Source: Candidatus Latescibacterota bacterium
Lineage (GTDB): Bacteria; Latescibacterota; UBA2968
NCBI GenBank assembly: GCA_038279365.1
Contig: JAYODI010000007.1
Span: forward strand, 74,726 to 134,116
Reading direction: 5' to 3'
Length of the DNA stretch: 59,391 bases
The notes beneath the pieces are model-generated. The model ran no database searches. It had not been told where the DNA came from and was given only the letters and a program-made list of their open reading frames with translations. Positions 39,913-49,302 of the stretch are shown here, in pieces; within the stretch, counting starts at the first letter, position 1, and each line of letters opens with the position of its first letter. The position numbers and the translations under genes are program-made.

Positions 39913-40722
39913 TTAACCCGCCACAGCAACGGGCTGATATTCTCTGCGTCGCAAAAATCGTTCGCCCTGATCGTAATCAGGTTGGCCAGAAACAAAACGC
40001 CACAACTTCACACGTTGCATCAACTCATAGCGATGTTCATTGCCTTCCCAACCGTGATTGGTATTCAATATTTGACCAATTTCAGGGTCATTCAAATCCG
40101 ACGTATCAAACAAGCGCACCTGAGGCCGTGTGGGGTTTAACCGCAACTTATACATAAAACGATCGACATTTGTGTGATTGCTACGGGCACCGTGCCAGAC
40201 TCGTGTGTTCCACACATAAATCGTACCCGCTGGGCAATTTGCCCAAATCTTACCAACCATATGATGATACCCACGAATTTCTCCCGTACGCACATTGCGA
40301 AAATGTGTACCGGGCACCAAAAAAGTGCCCCCCATCTCATCAGGAGTATCTGTGGGGAAAAATGACAACTGGATATCAAAATAATTTTCGCGAAAATCAA
40401 TCACCGAATCTTGGTGCATATCAGGCCCTTTGGTATTTTGAGCTTTCACCAAGTGTGCGGCATGGTGGTCATAAAGTGGGTCTGGCCCCACCAATGACTC
40501 AATAAGTCCTTTTACTTTGGGCAACCGAAACGCATCACCCAAAGCTGTGCCTTTGGGCCACGTCTCTTCAAAGGGCGTCCCAACTGCCAAATACCCCTTA
40601 TTGTTCTTCATCTCTTCTATGCAAGCTTCACACAAATCCTTGGGAACCATATCTTCATATTTGAGATAGCCCGAGGCAACAAAACGCGCCATATCTTTCG
40701 ATGAAATCAAGTGTGCACCCAT
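39913..40722 (-). CDS. PhyH-family Fe(II)/2OG dioxygenase
   Basis: MHQD, GGTFLVPGTH, VWHGA..N...R. Confidence 0.85.
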   Translation of the reverse strand: MGAHLISSKDMARFVASGYLKYEDMVPKDLCEACIEEMKNNKGYLAVGTPFEETWPKGTALGDAFRLPKVKGLIESLVGPDPLYDHHAAHLVKAQNTKGPDMHQDSVIDFRENYFDIQLSFFPTDTPDEMGGTFLVPGTHFRNVRTGEIRGYHHMVGKIWANCPAGTIYVWNTRVWHGARSNHTNVDRFMYKLRLNPTRPQVRLFDTSDLNDPEIGQILNTNHGWEGNEHRYELMQRVKLWRFVSGQPDYDQGERFLRRREYQPVAVAG

Positions 40723-40725
40723 AAT

Positions 40726-41013
40726 CTAAGCCCCCTCTTCTTTCAACTCATTAAATTTCTGCAACACCGTTTGATAAGGCAATGGCCCCAACTCATATCC
40801 ATCTTCCAACGAGCGTTGTTTGTATTCCGACATCTGAATCACCTGCCAACCATCACGCATCGCGGCCATGGCATTTTTATAAGGCGGTTCACTTTCTTCT
40901 ACAAGGTCACGAACGGGCCCCTTAGAGGCTTCGTAATAAGCCCAAGCAGCAGGTGAAGAATCAAGTGCTGGGGTTGTCTGATAAAACACCAGAATATCTT
41001 GAACGACGGGCAT
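40726..41013 (-). CDS. Hypothetical protein (95 aa), first gene of the PhyH operon
   Basis: MPVVQDILVFYQ...PPYKNAMAAMRDGWQVIQ; 3 nt from the next gene. Confidence 0.7.
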   Translation of the reverse strand: MPVVQDILVFYQTTPALDSSPAAWAYYEASKGPVRDLVEESEPPYKNAMAAMRDGWQVIQMSEYKQRSLEDGYELGPLPYQTVLQKFNELKEEGA

Positions 41014-41294
41014 AATCTCTGCTTTCTTTGAAAAAGGTTTTAATAGAAAATACGATACCCAAAAATTCACACCCAAAATCGAATATGAATATAAAAAGAT
41101 AATGACACATAATTGTACATGCAATGGCTTATTTGTGCTCCCCAAGACAGAAAAAACACATCCAACATGCCCGCAATATCCTATCGTATTCTCTTTCATC
41201 AAATTCATTATTTTTCCAATTTGCAATCTCTCATCTCCTGTATTATCTTCGACACACTTCTATTAAACACACAACATTTTTTTTGGAGATTTCC

Positions 41295-42353
41295 ATGTCG
41301 AAAAAACTCAAAGTAGGCATCATTGGTGTCGGTGGCATTGCAGGCAGTCACATTCCCGGTTGGGCGGCATCAGAACATGCCGAACTCGTTGCAGGAAGCG
41401 ACGTCAACCCCGAAGTACTCAAAAATTGGGGCGCAAAACAAGGCATCACCAAACTGGTTGCCAAACCCGAAGACCTGATCAACGACCCCGACATCGACAT
41501 CATCGACGTCTGCACACCCAACAATTATCATGCACCTCTGTCAATCGCCGCCCTCGAAGCTGGCAAACATGTCATTTGCGAAAAACCCCTTGCGCCCAAC
41601 CCCGACCTCATCAAACAAATGATTGCCGCACGTGACAAATCGGGCAAACTCCTCATGACTGCCCAACACTTCCGCTTCTCTGGCAAATCCAAAGCCATGA
41701 AAGCCGAAATTGACAAAGGCATCTTGGGCGACATTTATCACGCACGCTCACTCATGCTGCGTCGCTCAGGCGCGCCCACACGCCCCGGTTTCATCATGAA
41801 ACAACACAGCAGTGGCGGCCCCTGCATCGACATTGGCGTACACATTCTCGACCTCACCCTCTGGTTCATGGGCAACCCACGTCCTGTCTCCGTCACCGGT
41901 GTGGCCCGTGCAGAAATTGCCCACCAAGAAGGCGCATTTAGCAACTGGGGAAGCACCATTCCCAAAGAATTTGATGTCGAAGATTTTGCCGCCGCCTTCG
42001 TCCGTTTCGAAACCGGCGCCACCCTCATACTCGAAGTCAGCTGGCTCTTACATCACGACACCCAAGGCGAAGACATGCAAATGTGGCTCTACGGCACAAA
42101 AGGCGGCAGCCACTGGCCCAAATGCGAGATCTACAACACCGACAACAACACCAAACAACATTACAACACCACCTTACAAAACACCCGCGACCGTCTCGAA
42201 GCCCACGCCCAAGAATGTGTCGAATTTGCCGAAGCCATCGCAACTGGCAAACCTTCACCCGTTCAAGCCGAGCAATCGATGCAAGTGATGGCCATCTTAG
42301 ACGGCATCTACAAAAGCCAAGCTGCCGGTGGCGAAGTCAAAATCGAATACTAA
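41295..42353 (+). CDS. Gfo/Idh/MocA oxidoreductase, copy 1
   Basis: GIIGVGGIA, CTPNNYH, GKHVICEKP, GGPCIDIGVHILD. Confidence 0.93.
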   Translation: MSKKLKVGIIGVGGIAGSHIPGWAASEHAELVAGSDVNPEVLKNWGAKQGITKLVAKPEDLINDPDIDIIDVCTPNNYHAPLSIAALEAGKHVICEKPLAPNPDLIKQMIAARDKSGKLLMTAQHFRFSGKSKAMKAEIDKGILGDIYHARSLMLRRSGAPTRPGFIMKQHSSGGPCIDIGVHILDLTLWFMGNPRPVSVTGVARAEIAHQEGAFSNWGSTIPKEFDVEDFAAAFVRFETGATLILEVSWLLHHDTQGEDMQMWLYGTKGGSHWPKCEIYNTDNNTKQHYNTTLQNTRDRLEAHAQECVEFAEAIATGKPSPVQAEQSMQVMAILDGIYKSQAAGGEVKIEY

Positions 42354-42359
42354 AACATC

Positions 42360-42420
42360 CGAATAGACGAATAGACGAATCAAAACTTATTCGTTGATTC
42401 GTCTATTCGTTGATTCATTC
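42360..42420. repeat. Head-to-head arrays of 8-mer repeats (CGAATAGA / ATTCGTTG) that can form a hairpin
   Basis: CGAATAGA CGAATAGA CGAATCAA aactt ATTCGTTG ATTCGTCT ATTCGTTG ATTCATTC. Confidence 0.8.
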
Positions 42421-42454
42421 ATATACCTGTCCATTAATTTTAGAAAGCATCTCA

Positions 42455-43519
42455 ATGTCAGATCTCAAAGTAGGCATCATCGGCGTAGGCGGCATCGCCC
42501 GCACCCACATCCCAGGTTGGAAAGCTTCCCAACATGCCAACCTCATTGCAGGCAGCGACATCAACGGCGACGTCCTCAACACGTGGGCCGACAACCACAA
42601 CGTACCCAAACGCTACACCGATGTAAAAGACCTCCTCAAAGATCCCGACATCGACATCATCGACATCTGCACCCCCAACAATTACCACGCGCCATTGGCC
42701 ATTGCCGCCCTCGAAGCAGGCAAACATGTCATTTGCGAAAAACCCCTTGCCCCCAATCCCGACCTCATCAAACAAATGATTGCCGCACGCGACAAATCGG
42801 GCAAACTCCTCATGACCGCCCAACACTTTCGTTTTGCAGGCAACTCCAAAGCCATGAAAGCCGAACTCAACAAAGGCACCCTTGGCGAGATATACCACGC
42901 ACGTTCTTGGATGCTCCGCCGCGCCTTCACCAACCCCCGCCCAGGCTTCATCATGAAAGAACACGCAGGCGGTGGCCCCTGCATCGACATCGGCGTCCAC
43001 ATCCTCGACCTCACCCTCTGGTTCATGGGCAACCCACGCCCCATCTCCGTCACCGGTGTGGCACGCTGTGATATTGCCAAACAACCCGGCGCATTCACAG
43101 TGCGCGGCCTCGACGTTCCCACAGACATCTACGATGTCGAAGACTTTGCCGCCGCCTTTGTCCGCTTTGAAAACGGTGCCACATTGGTTCTCGAAGTCAG
43201 CTGGTTCCTCAACCACCACGTACCCGAAGGCGTCGAAGACATGCAAATGTGGCTCTACGGCACCAAAGGCGGCAGCCACTGGCCCAAATGCGAAGTCTAT
43301 ACCACCGACAACACCACCAAACAACACTACAACACCACATTAAAAAACACCCGCGACCAACTCGAAGCCCACGCCCAAGAATGCGTCGAATTTGCCGAAG
43401 CCGTCGCCGAGGGCAAACCCTCACCCGTCCCCGCAGAACAATCCATACAAGTGATGGCCATCTTAGACGGCATCTACAAAAGCCAACATACTGGCAAAGA
43501 AGAAAAGATCGAATATTAA
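42455..43519 (+). CDS. Gfo/Idh/MocA oxidoreductase, copy 2 (tandem paralogue)
   Basis: Same motifs as copy 1, with long identical blocks. Confidence 0.93.
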   Translation: MSDLKVGIIGVGGIARTHIPGWKASQHANLIAGSDINGDVLNTWADNHNVPKRYTDVKDLLKDPDIDIIDICTPNNYHAPLAIAALEAGKHVICEKPLAPNPDLIKQMIAARDKSGKLLMTAQHFRFAGNSKAMKAELNKGTLGEIYHARSWMLRRAFTNPRPGFIMKEHAGGGPCIDIGVHILDLTLWFMGNPRPISVTGVARCDIAKQPGAFTVRGLDVPTDIYDVEDFAAAFVRFENGATLVLEVSWFLNHHVPEGVEDMQMWLYGTKGGSHWPKCEVYTTDNTTKQHYNTTLKNTRDQLEAHAQECVEFAEAVAEGKPSPVPAEQSIQVMAILDGIYKSQHTGKEEKIEY

Positions 43520-43538
43520 GAGCAAACGAATAGACGAA

Positions 43539-43614
43539 CCTGCGGGTGCGCAAAGCGCAAGTTCTCGAAGAGAACGCACCAAAGGTGCCCGCTGCTCACG
43601 AGCGAAGCAAGTCA
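43539..43614. mobile_element. 76-nt multi-hairpin insertion (REP/MITE-like) inside an 8-mer repeat
   Basis: Interrupts CGAATAGACGAA|TAGACGAATCAAAA, which is uninterrupted after copy 1. Confidence 0.55.
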
Positions 43615-43692
43615 TAGACGAATCAAAATTTTCTCACCCGTGGCTCACAAATAATGTGAGTCACGGGCAAAAGTACATCACCCAAGCGATCA

Positions 43693-43868
43693 TGATTTTC
43701 CGCGCCATTCCGTCCAGCAAATCATTTCATAAAAACGATCAGGCAGACAGGCCACTTACTTTCTTGTACCCACGAAAGGTATTTGCGGAAAATCAGCCCC
43801 CCCGGCACTTGAGGGGCGACTTTTTGCCTACTTTTGTGTCGTTACAAAAGTAGGTCGCCGAAGGCAAC
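43693..43868. repeat. Structured intergenic palindromic element
   Basis: Inverted repeats TGATTTTCCGC/GCGGAAAATCA and GGCGA..CCTACTTTTGT/ACAAAAGTAGGTCGCC. Confidence 0.5.
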
Positions 43869-43902
43869 TAAGCGAAAAACCATCCACAAAAAAAGAGCCA
43901 TC

Positions 43903-45081
43903 ATGAACATCAAAAGCATCCATGCCGCAATCGTAGATCTATCCCCCAATCAAACCACAAAACCCCGCGTTCCCAAACAACCCACCGATGGGTTTATCAG
44001 CCCCATGGAACGTTATCCCGAATTTAAAAAAAGCGATTGGGGCAATCCTTGGACACGCGTTGCGTGTGTGGTCACCGCCGATGATGGCACCTGGGGCTTG
44101 GGCACCACCATCAACAGCGGGCCCGTCGCCAATATCATCAACACACACTTTGCCCCACTGCTCACCGGCCAAAACTGCATGGCCACCGAAAAGCTTTGGG
44201 ACACGATGCGTCGCGCCTCATCGCCTTACCACACAGCAGGCTTACCCAGTTATGCCATCAGTGCCGTAGACAATGCCCTTTGGGACCTCAAAGGCAAAAT
44301 CCTCAACCGCCCCGTTTACGAACTATTGGGTGGGCCACAAAAAGACAAAATTTTTTGTTACGCCAGCAACACCGACCTTTCCTACGGCACCGAAAACAGC
44401 ATCAACTGGTTTTTAGAACTCGGCTTCAAAGCCGTCAAACTCTTTGCGCGTTACGGGGCAGAATCGGGCATCGAAGGCATTCGAAAAACCGAAGAACTCG
44501 TTGCCAAAACACGTGAACAAATTGGCGACGATGTCGAACTCATGCTCGATGGGTGGATGTCGTTCAATGTCGAATACACCGTACGACTGGTCGAAGCCCT
44601 CAAGCCCTACCGCCTCAAATGGCTCGAAGACTATGTCTTGCCCGAAGACATGGACAGCTACATGAAAATTCGCCAGCGCGTCCCTGGTCAAATTTTGGCC
44701 ACAGGCGAACATTGGCACACCATTCATCCTTTCGCTGTTGCCGCAGGACAAGGCCTTGTAGACATTTTCCAACCCGATGTGCAATGGGTTGGGGGTGTCA
44801 CTGCGCTCGTACGCATCTGCCACATTGCCGAAGCGCATGGCCAAACAGTTATCAGCCACGCAGGTATGAACTACCCCTATGGTCAACACGTTTCCTATGC
44901 CATGCCTGCCATTCAATGGGGAGAACGCTCCGAAGGCGTCTCTCCTCCTGGCGTGCCGCTTGAAGAACGCGTGGCTCTACCCGGAACACCAGTCATCAAA
45001 AATGGATATCTGATCCCCAACAATGCACCAGGCTTTGGCCTTGAAGTCACCAAAGAATGGCTCGAAAACAAGGCTGTATAA
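43903..45081 (+). CDS. Mandelate racemase / L-rhamnonate dehydratase-like enolase-superfamily enzyme
   Basis: AISAVDNALWDLKGK..PVYELLGG, KAVK, LMLD, WLED, TGEH, QPD, APGFG. Confidence 0.88.
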   Translation: MNIKSIHAAIVDLSPNQTTKPRVPKQPTDGFISPMERYPEFKKSDWGNPWTRVACVVTADDGTWGLGTTINSGPVANIINTHFAPLLTGQNCMATEKLWDTMRRASSPYHTAGLPSYAISAVDNALWDLKGKILNRPVYELLGGPQKDKIFCYASNTDLSYGTENSINWFLELGFKAVKLFARYGAESGIEGIRKTEELVAKTREQIGDDVELMLDGWMSFNVEYTVRLVEALKPYRLKWLEDYVLPEDMDSYMKIRQRVPGQILATGEHWHTIHPFAVAAGQGLVDIFQPDVQWVGGVTALVRICHIAEAHGQTVISHAGMNYPYGQHVSYAMPAIQWGERSEGVSPPGVPLEERVALPGTPVIKNGYLIPNNAPGFGLEVTKEWLENKAV

Positions 45082-45121
45082 AAAGCAAACCCAATCATAA
45101 ACCAAATAAAAACAGACACAT

Positions 45122-45150
45122 AAAAAACCCGTCCAAAAACGGGTTTTTTT
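45122..45150 (+). terminator. Intrinsic terminator
   Basis: AAAAAACCCGT/ACGGGTTTTTTT. Confidence 0.75.
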
Positions 45151-45226
45151 GTAGCATCTGCTTGCAATCCAACTTATATTGCCCCATCCAAAATCTGAAA
45201 TATCAAACTCTAAAATCAAAATACTT

Positions 45227-46573
45227 ATGCCAAATACCTTATCAATCTCACAAGCGGCACAAAAAATTAAGTCGGGCAACTTATCCCCAGTTGATTTGGT
45301 CAACGCGTGTTTAGACCGCATCAAAACATTAGACGACCGCATCAAAGCTTGGGTCACCATCCACCCCGACAATGTGTTACACGTCGCCCAAAAACATCAC
45401 GATGAAATTGCCCAAGGGAACCATCGGGGCCCTTTGCACGGCATTCCCATTGGCATCAAAGACATCATCTACACCCATGGTTTACAAACCCAAGGGGGGT
45501 CCAAATTTCTCGAAAATTTTGTCCCCGACTACGACGCCACCGTAGTCAAACGCCTCAAAGAAGCAGGTGCCATCATATTGGGCAAAACCGCCACAACCGA
45601 ATATGCCAGTTACGATCCTGCGCCCACGTCCAATCCATACAATACCGCACACACACCTGGGGGGTCCAGCAGCGGTTCAGCAGCAGCCGTAGCCGCACAC
45701 ATGTGCCCAGCAGCCTTGGGGTCTCAAACAGGAGGCTCCATCAGTCGTCCCGCCGCTTATTGCGGATTGGTCGGCTTCAAACCCACATACGGTCGTGTCA
45801 GTGTCTACGGTGTTTTGCCATTGAGCTTTAGCCTCGACCACATCGGACCACTCACCCGATCTGTAGAAGATGCCGCCACCGTTTTTCAAACCATTGCGGG
45901 GTTCGATGCCTGTGACCCTTTAAGTGTCAATCGAGAAGTACCCAACTGCATCCAAGCCGTCCATACCCCCCTCGAACGTCCACCCCGCATTGGCCTTATT
46001 CGTTCTTATTTTGAAGACCATGCCAACGATGCCATGCGCGGCGCAACCGAATTGGCCATCGAAGCATTTAAAGCCGGCAATGCCGAAGTGCGAGAAATCG
46101 TCTTACCCAAAACATTTAAAAACATACACAACAAACATCGGCTCATCATGTATGCCGAAGGCGCCGCTTATCATGCCGAACGCTTTGAAAAAAATGCACA
46201 AAAATTTGGACCAAACATTCGCGAGCTCATCCAAGAAGGCATGTTGCTTCCCGCCGTTGCATACGCCGACGCACGCCAGCACCAACTCGCCTTTCGAGCC
46301 GCCATGCGGTCTGTCTTCAACAATGTAGACATTCTATTAACACCTGCTACCCCCACACCTGCGCCCAGTGGATTGTCCTCCACGGGCGATCCTGCATTTA
46401 ATGCCCCTTGGAGCCACGCAGGCTTGCCCACCATCGTCTTGCCCGTCACCTTATCAAACGGTTTGCCCTGTGGCATCCAACTCATCGGCCCCGAATGGCG
46501 CGAAGATCATCTGCTACAAAACGCACACTGGTGCGAAACCCACCTCGGTTATGCAGATCAACCCCATTTATAA
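45227..46573 (+). CDS. Amidase-signature family enzyme (GatA-like)
   Basis: GPLHGIPIGIKD, PGGSSSGSAAAVAA, GSQTGGSISRPAAYCG. Confidence 0.92.
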   Translation: MPNTLSISQAAQKIKSGNLSPVDLVNACLDRIKTLDDRIKAWVTIHPDNVLHVAQKHHDEIAQGNHRGPLHGIPIGIKDIIYTHGLQTQGGSKFLENFVPDYDATVVKRLKEAGAIILGKTATTEYASYDPAPTSNPYNTAHTPGGSSSGSAAAVAAHMCPAALGSQTGGSISRPAAYCGLVGFKPTYGRVSVYGVLPLSFSLDHIGPLTRSVEDAATVFQTIAGFDACDPLSVNREVPNCIQAVHTPLERPPRIGLIRSYFEDHANDAMRGATELAIEAFKAGNAEVREIVLPKTFKNIHNKHRLIMYAEGAAYHAERFEKNAQKFGPNIRELIQEGMLLPAVAYADARQHQLAFRAAMRSVFNNVDILLTPATPTPAPSGLSSTGDPAFNAPWSHAGLPTIVLPVTLSNGLPCGIQLIGPEWREDHLLQNAHWCETHLGYADQPHL

Positions 46574-46577
46574 AACA

Positions 46578-46609
46578 AAAAAGGATCGGAGATATTTCCG
46601 ATCCTTTTT
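46578..46609. terminator. Bidirectional intrinsic terminator
   Basis: AAAAAGGATCGGA/TCCGATCCTTTTT. Confidence 0.8.
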
Positions 46610-46654
46610 GCTTATGCGCATCTATTGACCAACGTGTCTGAATGCAATCTGTGA

Positions 46655-46981
46655 TCAAGTAAAGTCTGCAAGTGTCTTCACTTCATACACCCAATAAGCT
46701 GGTGTTTCATAGGGGTGAACCTCTACCAACTGGTGCAAAACAGCCTCAATATATGTTTCCTCACACACCATCTCAACCTTAAATTCTTGAATCCGCTCAA
46801 CTTTGTTGATCTCGCCTAAAAAAGCATGACTGCCCGTCAACGGCCTAAATTGCCCAAAACCTTCCGTTTCCCAAGCACACGAATCATAATGCCCCAACTT
46901 ACCCGCACCCGCTTTAAAAAGCGCCGCTTTTACATCTTCAAGATGAGACGCTGGCACATAAAAACACAATTGATACATCAT
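46655..46981 (-). CDS. YqfO/NIF3 PII-like small protein
   Basis: FYVP, AGAG..G.YDSC, GQFRPL.GS, HPYETPAY. Confidence 0.88.
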   Translation of the reverse strand: MMYQLCFYVPASHLEDVKAALFKAGAGKLGHYDSCAWETEGFGQFRPLTGSHAFLGEINKVERIQEFKVEMVCEETYIEAVLHQLVEVHPYETPAYWVYEVKTLADFT

Positions 46982-47051
46982 AAGCCCTCAACACACAAAA
47001 TATGTTTTACACTTTGACAACGCGCGTCTATGGCACATTCATCTTAAGCAC

Positions 47052-48050
47052 TTACTTTAAAAACGCCAAAATACGCCCCAACAATTCATCGCCCAAGTTG
47101 GGATCGTGTCCTTTGCCTTCATATTGAAAATATTCATAATTTGCCTGCAAGTTTTCCAATTCTGCCGCCAACCGATCACTTTGTGAAATGGGTACAATAT
47201 CATCCACTGTGCCGTGGTGCATTTGTACGGCAGGCAATTGATCGGCAAAATACAACGCCGACCGACGCAAAAGCGCCAACCGTGCATCTGCCAAAGACAA
47301 CACACCATTAAGATAAGGTTCCACCACCTCTTGGCGCAGCAATGTCACCCCAGGGCGTGTATCTACGGCGCCATCTAACCAAGCTTGCAAATCGGCGCGA
47401 AAGATCGGATCAAAAAAATCTGTTGGCCCAAACAGTTCCACCACACGCAAAAACCGATTTGGCATGCGAATCGCCGATAGCAACGACACGCCCCCTCCTC
47501 TGCTGCCACCAAAACACACCACCCGCGAAGCATCGGCATCAACCATTTTTTCGGCGCAAGACAACATCACCAAAGCATCTTTTACATCTCCATCCCAAGT
47601 GCTTGGTTCTCCCTCCGAGCGATATGTTTCACCAAACCACAGCACTGGCTCAGATCGAAAACTGGATGCCACTTGCACAAAAGCAAAAGCCAAGGGGTGA
47701 TCCAATTCGGCTGCACTAAGCCCCGATTCACCACCATGGTTATAAAGTAAAATGGGATATGTGCCTGCAATTTTGGGCCGTGTTACAATGCCATAAATCC
47801 GCAAACCCGCACTGTGATAAGCCACCAACGAAAAGTTGGCAAACTGCCCAGATCGCGTATCTATCGTTTCAAAACCCGCATCTTCACACACATACGTTTG
47901 CATATCAAACAGTGCCCGAACCGTTGCAATCTCGGTCTGTGTGGGCGGTGCCATCAATGCATCCAACATGGCCGTTGGATCAGATTGGGTGGGAGATTTT
48001 GATCCACACCCAACAACCACAACCAATATCATCATCCAAAACTGCTTCAC
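47052..48050 (-). CDS. Lipoprotein alpha/beta hydrolase (S9-like)
   Basis: Lipobox VVGC; NHGG; GGSRGG nucleophile elbow; HGTVDDIVP; GKGH. Confidence 0.8.
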   Translation of the reverse strand: MKQFWMMILVVVVGCGSKSPTQSDPTAMLDALMAPPTQTEIATVRALFDMQTYVCEDAGFETIDTRSGQFANFSLVAYHSAGLRIYGIVTRPKIAGTYPILLYNHGGESGLSAAELDHPLAFAFVQVASSFRSEPVLWFGETYRSEGEPSTWDGDVKDALVMLSCAEKMVDADASRVVCFGGSRGGGVSLLSAIRMPNRFLRVVELFGPTDFFDPIFRADLQAWLDGAVDTRPGVTLLRQEVVEPYLNGVLSLADARLALLRRSALYFADQLPAVQMHHGTVDDIVPISQSDRLAAELENLQANYEYFQYEGKGHDPNLGDELLGRILAFLK

Positions 48051-49063
48051 AGCGGATGCCTTTCACTTGTTTGCCCCAAATAAGTCACCTTTTGAATCTT
48101 GCCATCTTCATCCAACTCTATTTCCAACGCAAAATTACGTCGATCCAAAAACGCTGGCGAATGATCCAATGCCAACCGCAACACCCAACGCCCCAACCAA
48201 CCCAAGGCCAAATCATCGGGAATCACCATAAATTGCAAATCTTGCACAAGTAAGATATTTCCATCCAACCTTTTCACTATGGGAAATCGCGTAAACCAAC
48301 GATAAATTCCTCCAGCACGAGAATCCCACAAAGACTGCAACCGCTCATCTGCCAAAGCAAAATCAAACATATGCGCATCGCCATAAACACCGTTCCCAAT
48401 GGTCATCGGCACCCAATACACTTGCTTGCCACTCACAATCATACCGCGCCTATGCAAAGGAGAAAACGGTGTGGGCATCACCGCGGCTTGTGAGATCTCA
48501 ATCTCTTGCGCATTTGCCCACTGTCGCAACTGCAAATGCCCCACACCCGTAATCAAAAAAGCCACACACACATAACCAGCCACCAGCCCCCCACCTACCC
48601 GATACCCCACTTTTCCCAAACGCGTCAACCACCCCACCAACAAAGCACCAATCAGCAACATATCCAAATAAGGATCAATAATAAACAAGGTGTCCCAAGC
48701 CATGCGATAATCTGAAAAAGGCGCAAGCACCAACGTGCCAAAAGTCGTTACCAAATCAAAAAAAATATGCGTCAAAAACCCAAACAAACTCGCCGCATAC
48801 ACCTGCCAAAATGAAGCAGATCGCACCCCCACCCGCTGACCAACCCAAGCCACCACCAAAGCCATAAGCCCCACACCCAAAAATGAGTGGCTAATGCCCC
48901 GATGTGACACCAAATATTCTAAGCCCCCTCCTGGCAACAACACATCCAAATCGGGCAAAACACTACAAACGGTTACCACATTTACCAAACCATTTTGCGT
49001 CTTCTCTGGCCAAATAACACGCGCGGCCAGTCGCCCAATCAACCCATGTGTGGGTGTATCCAA
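48047..49063 (-). CDS. Inner-membrane metal-dependent hydrolase (YdjM-like)
   Basis: DTPTHG, LPDLD, HRGISHS, THIFFD..T.FGT, IIDP. Confidence 0.85.
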   Translation of the reverse strand: MDTPTHGLIGRLAARVIWPEKTQNGLVNVVTVCSVLPDLDVLLPGGGLEYLVSHRGISHSFLGVGLMALVVAWVGQRVGVRSASFWQVYAASLFGFLTHIFFDLVTTFGTLVLAPFSDYRMAWDTLFIIDPYLDMLLIGALLVGWLTRLGKVGYRVGGGLVAGYVCVAFLITGVGHLQLRQWANAQEIEISQAAVMPTPFSPLHRRGMIVSGKQVYWVPMTIGNGVYGDAHMFDFALADERLQSLWDSRAGGIYRWFTRFPIVKRLDGNILLVQDLQFMVIPDDLALGWLGRWVLRLALDHSPAFLDRRNFALEIELDEDGKIQKVTYLGQTSERHPL

Positions 49064-49302
49064 TTAACGCTCCTTATCCTATCTAAACAGCTCCTAAAAC
49101 ATCGCGCATCATCACACCTTAAAATACACAAAACAGGTTCCGCATCAAGTCACGCAAAATAAGAAGAAAACAACACACAAACCATTCCCAATTCCATATT
49201 GACAAACCTTCATAATCGCGTACCCTTATCCACGCGGTCTTTTTAACACATCAAAACTTTCTACTCACATCGCGTTAAAAGATAAACGAAGGAGCTTGTT
49301 TC

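Noticed and set aside
42394-43553. Long alternative-frame and antisense ORFs over the Gfo genes (and similar ones elsewhere)
   Set aside because: They are shadows of strongly C-ending codon usage and carry no protein motifs.
43542-43592. tRNA, given the cloverleaf shape
   Set aside because: Too short, with 3-nt loops and no anticodon loop, T-loop or CCA end.
45179-46573. gatA
   Set aside because: No gatB or gatC adjacent; generic amidase signature only.
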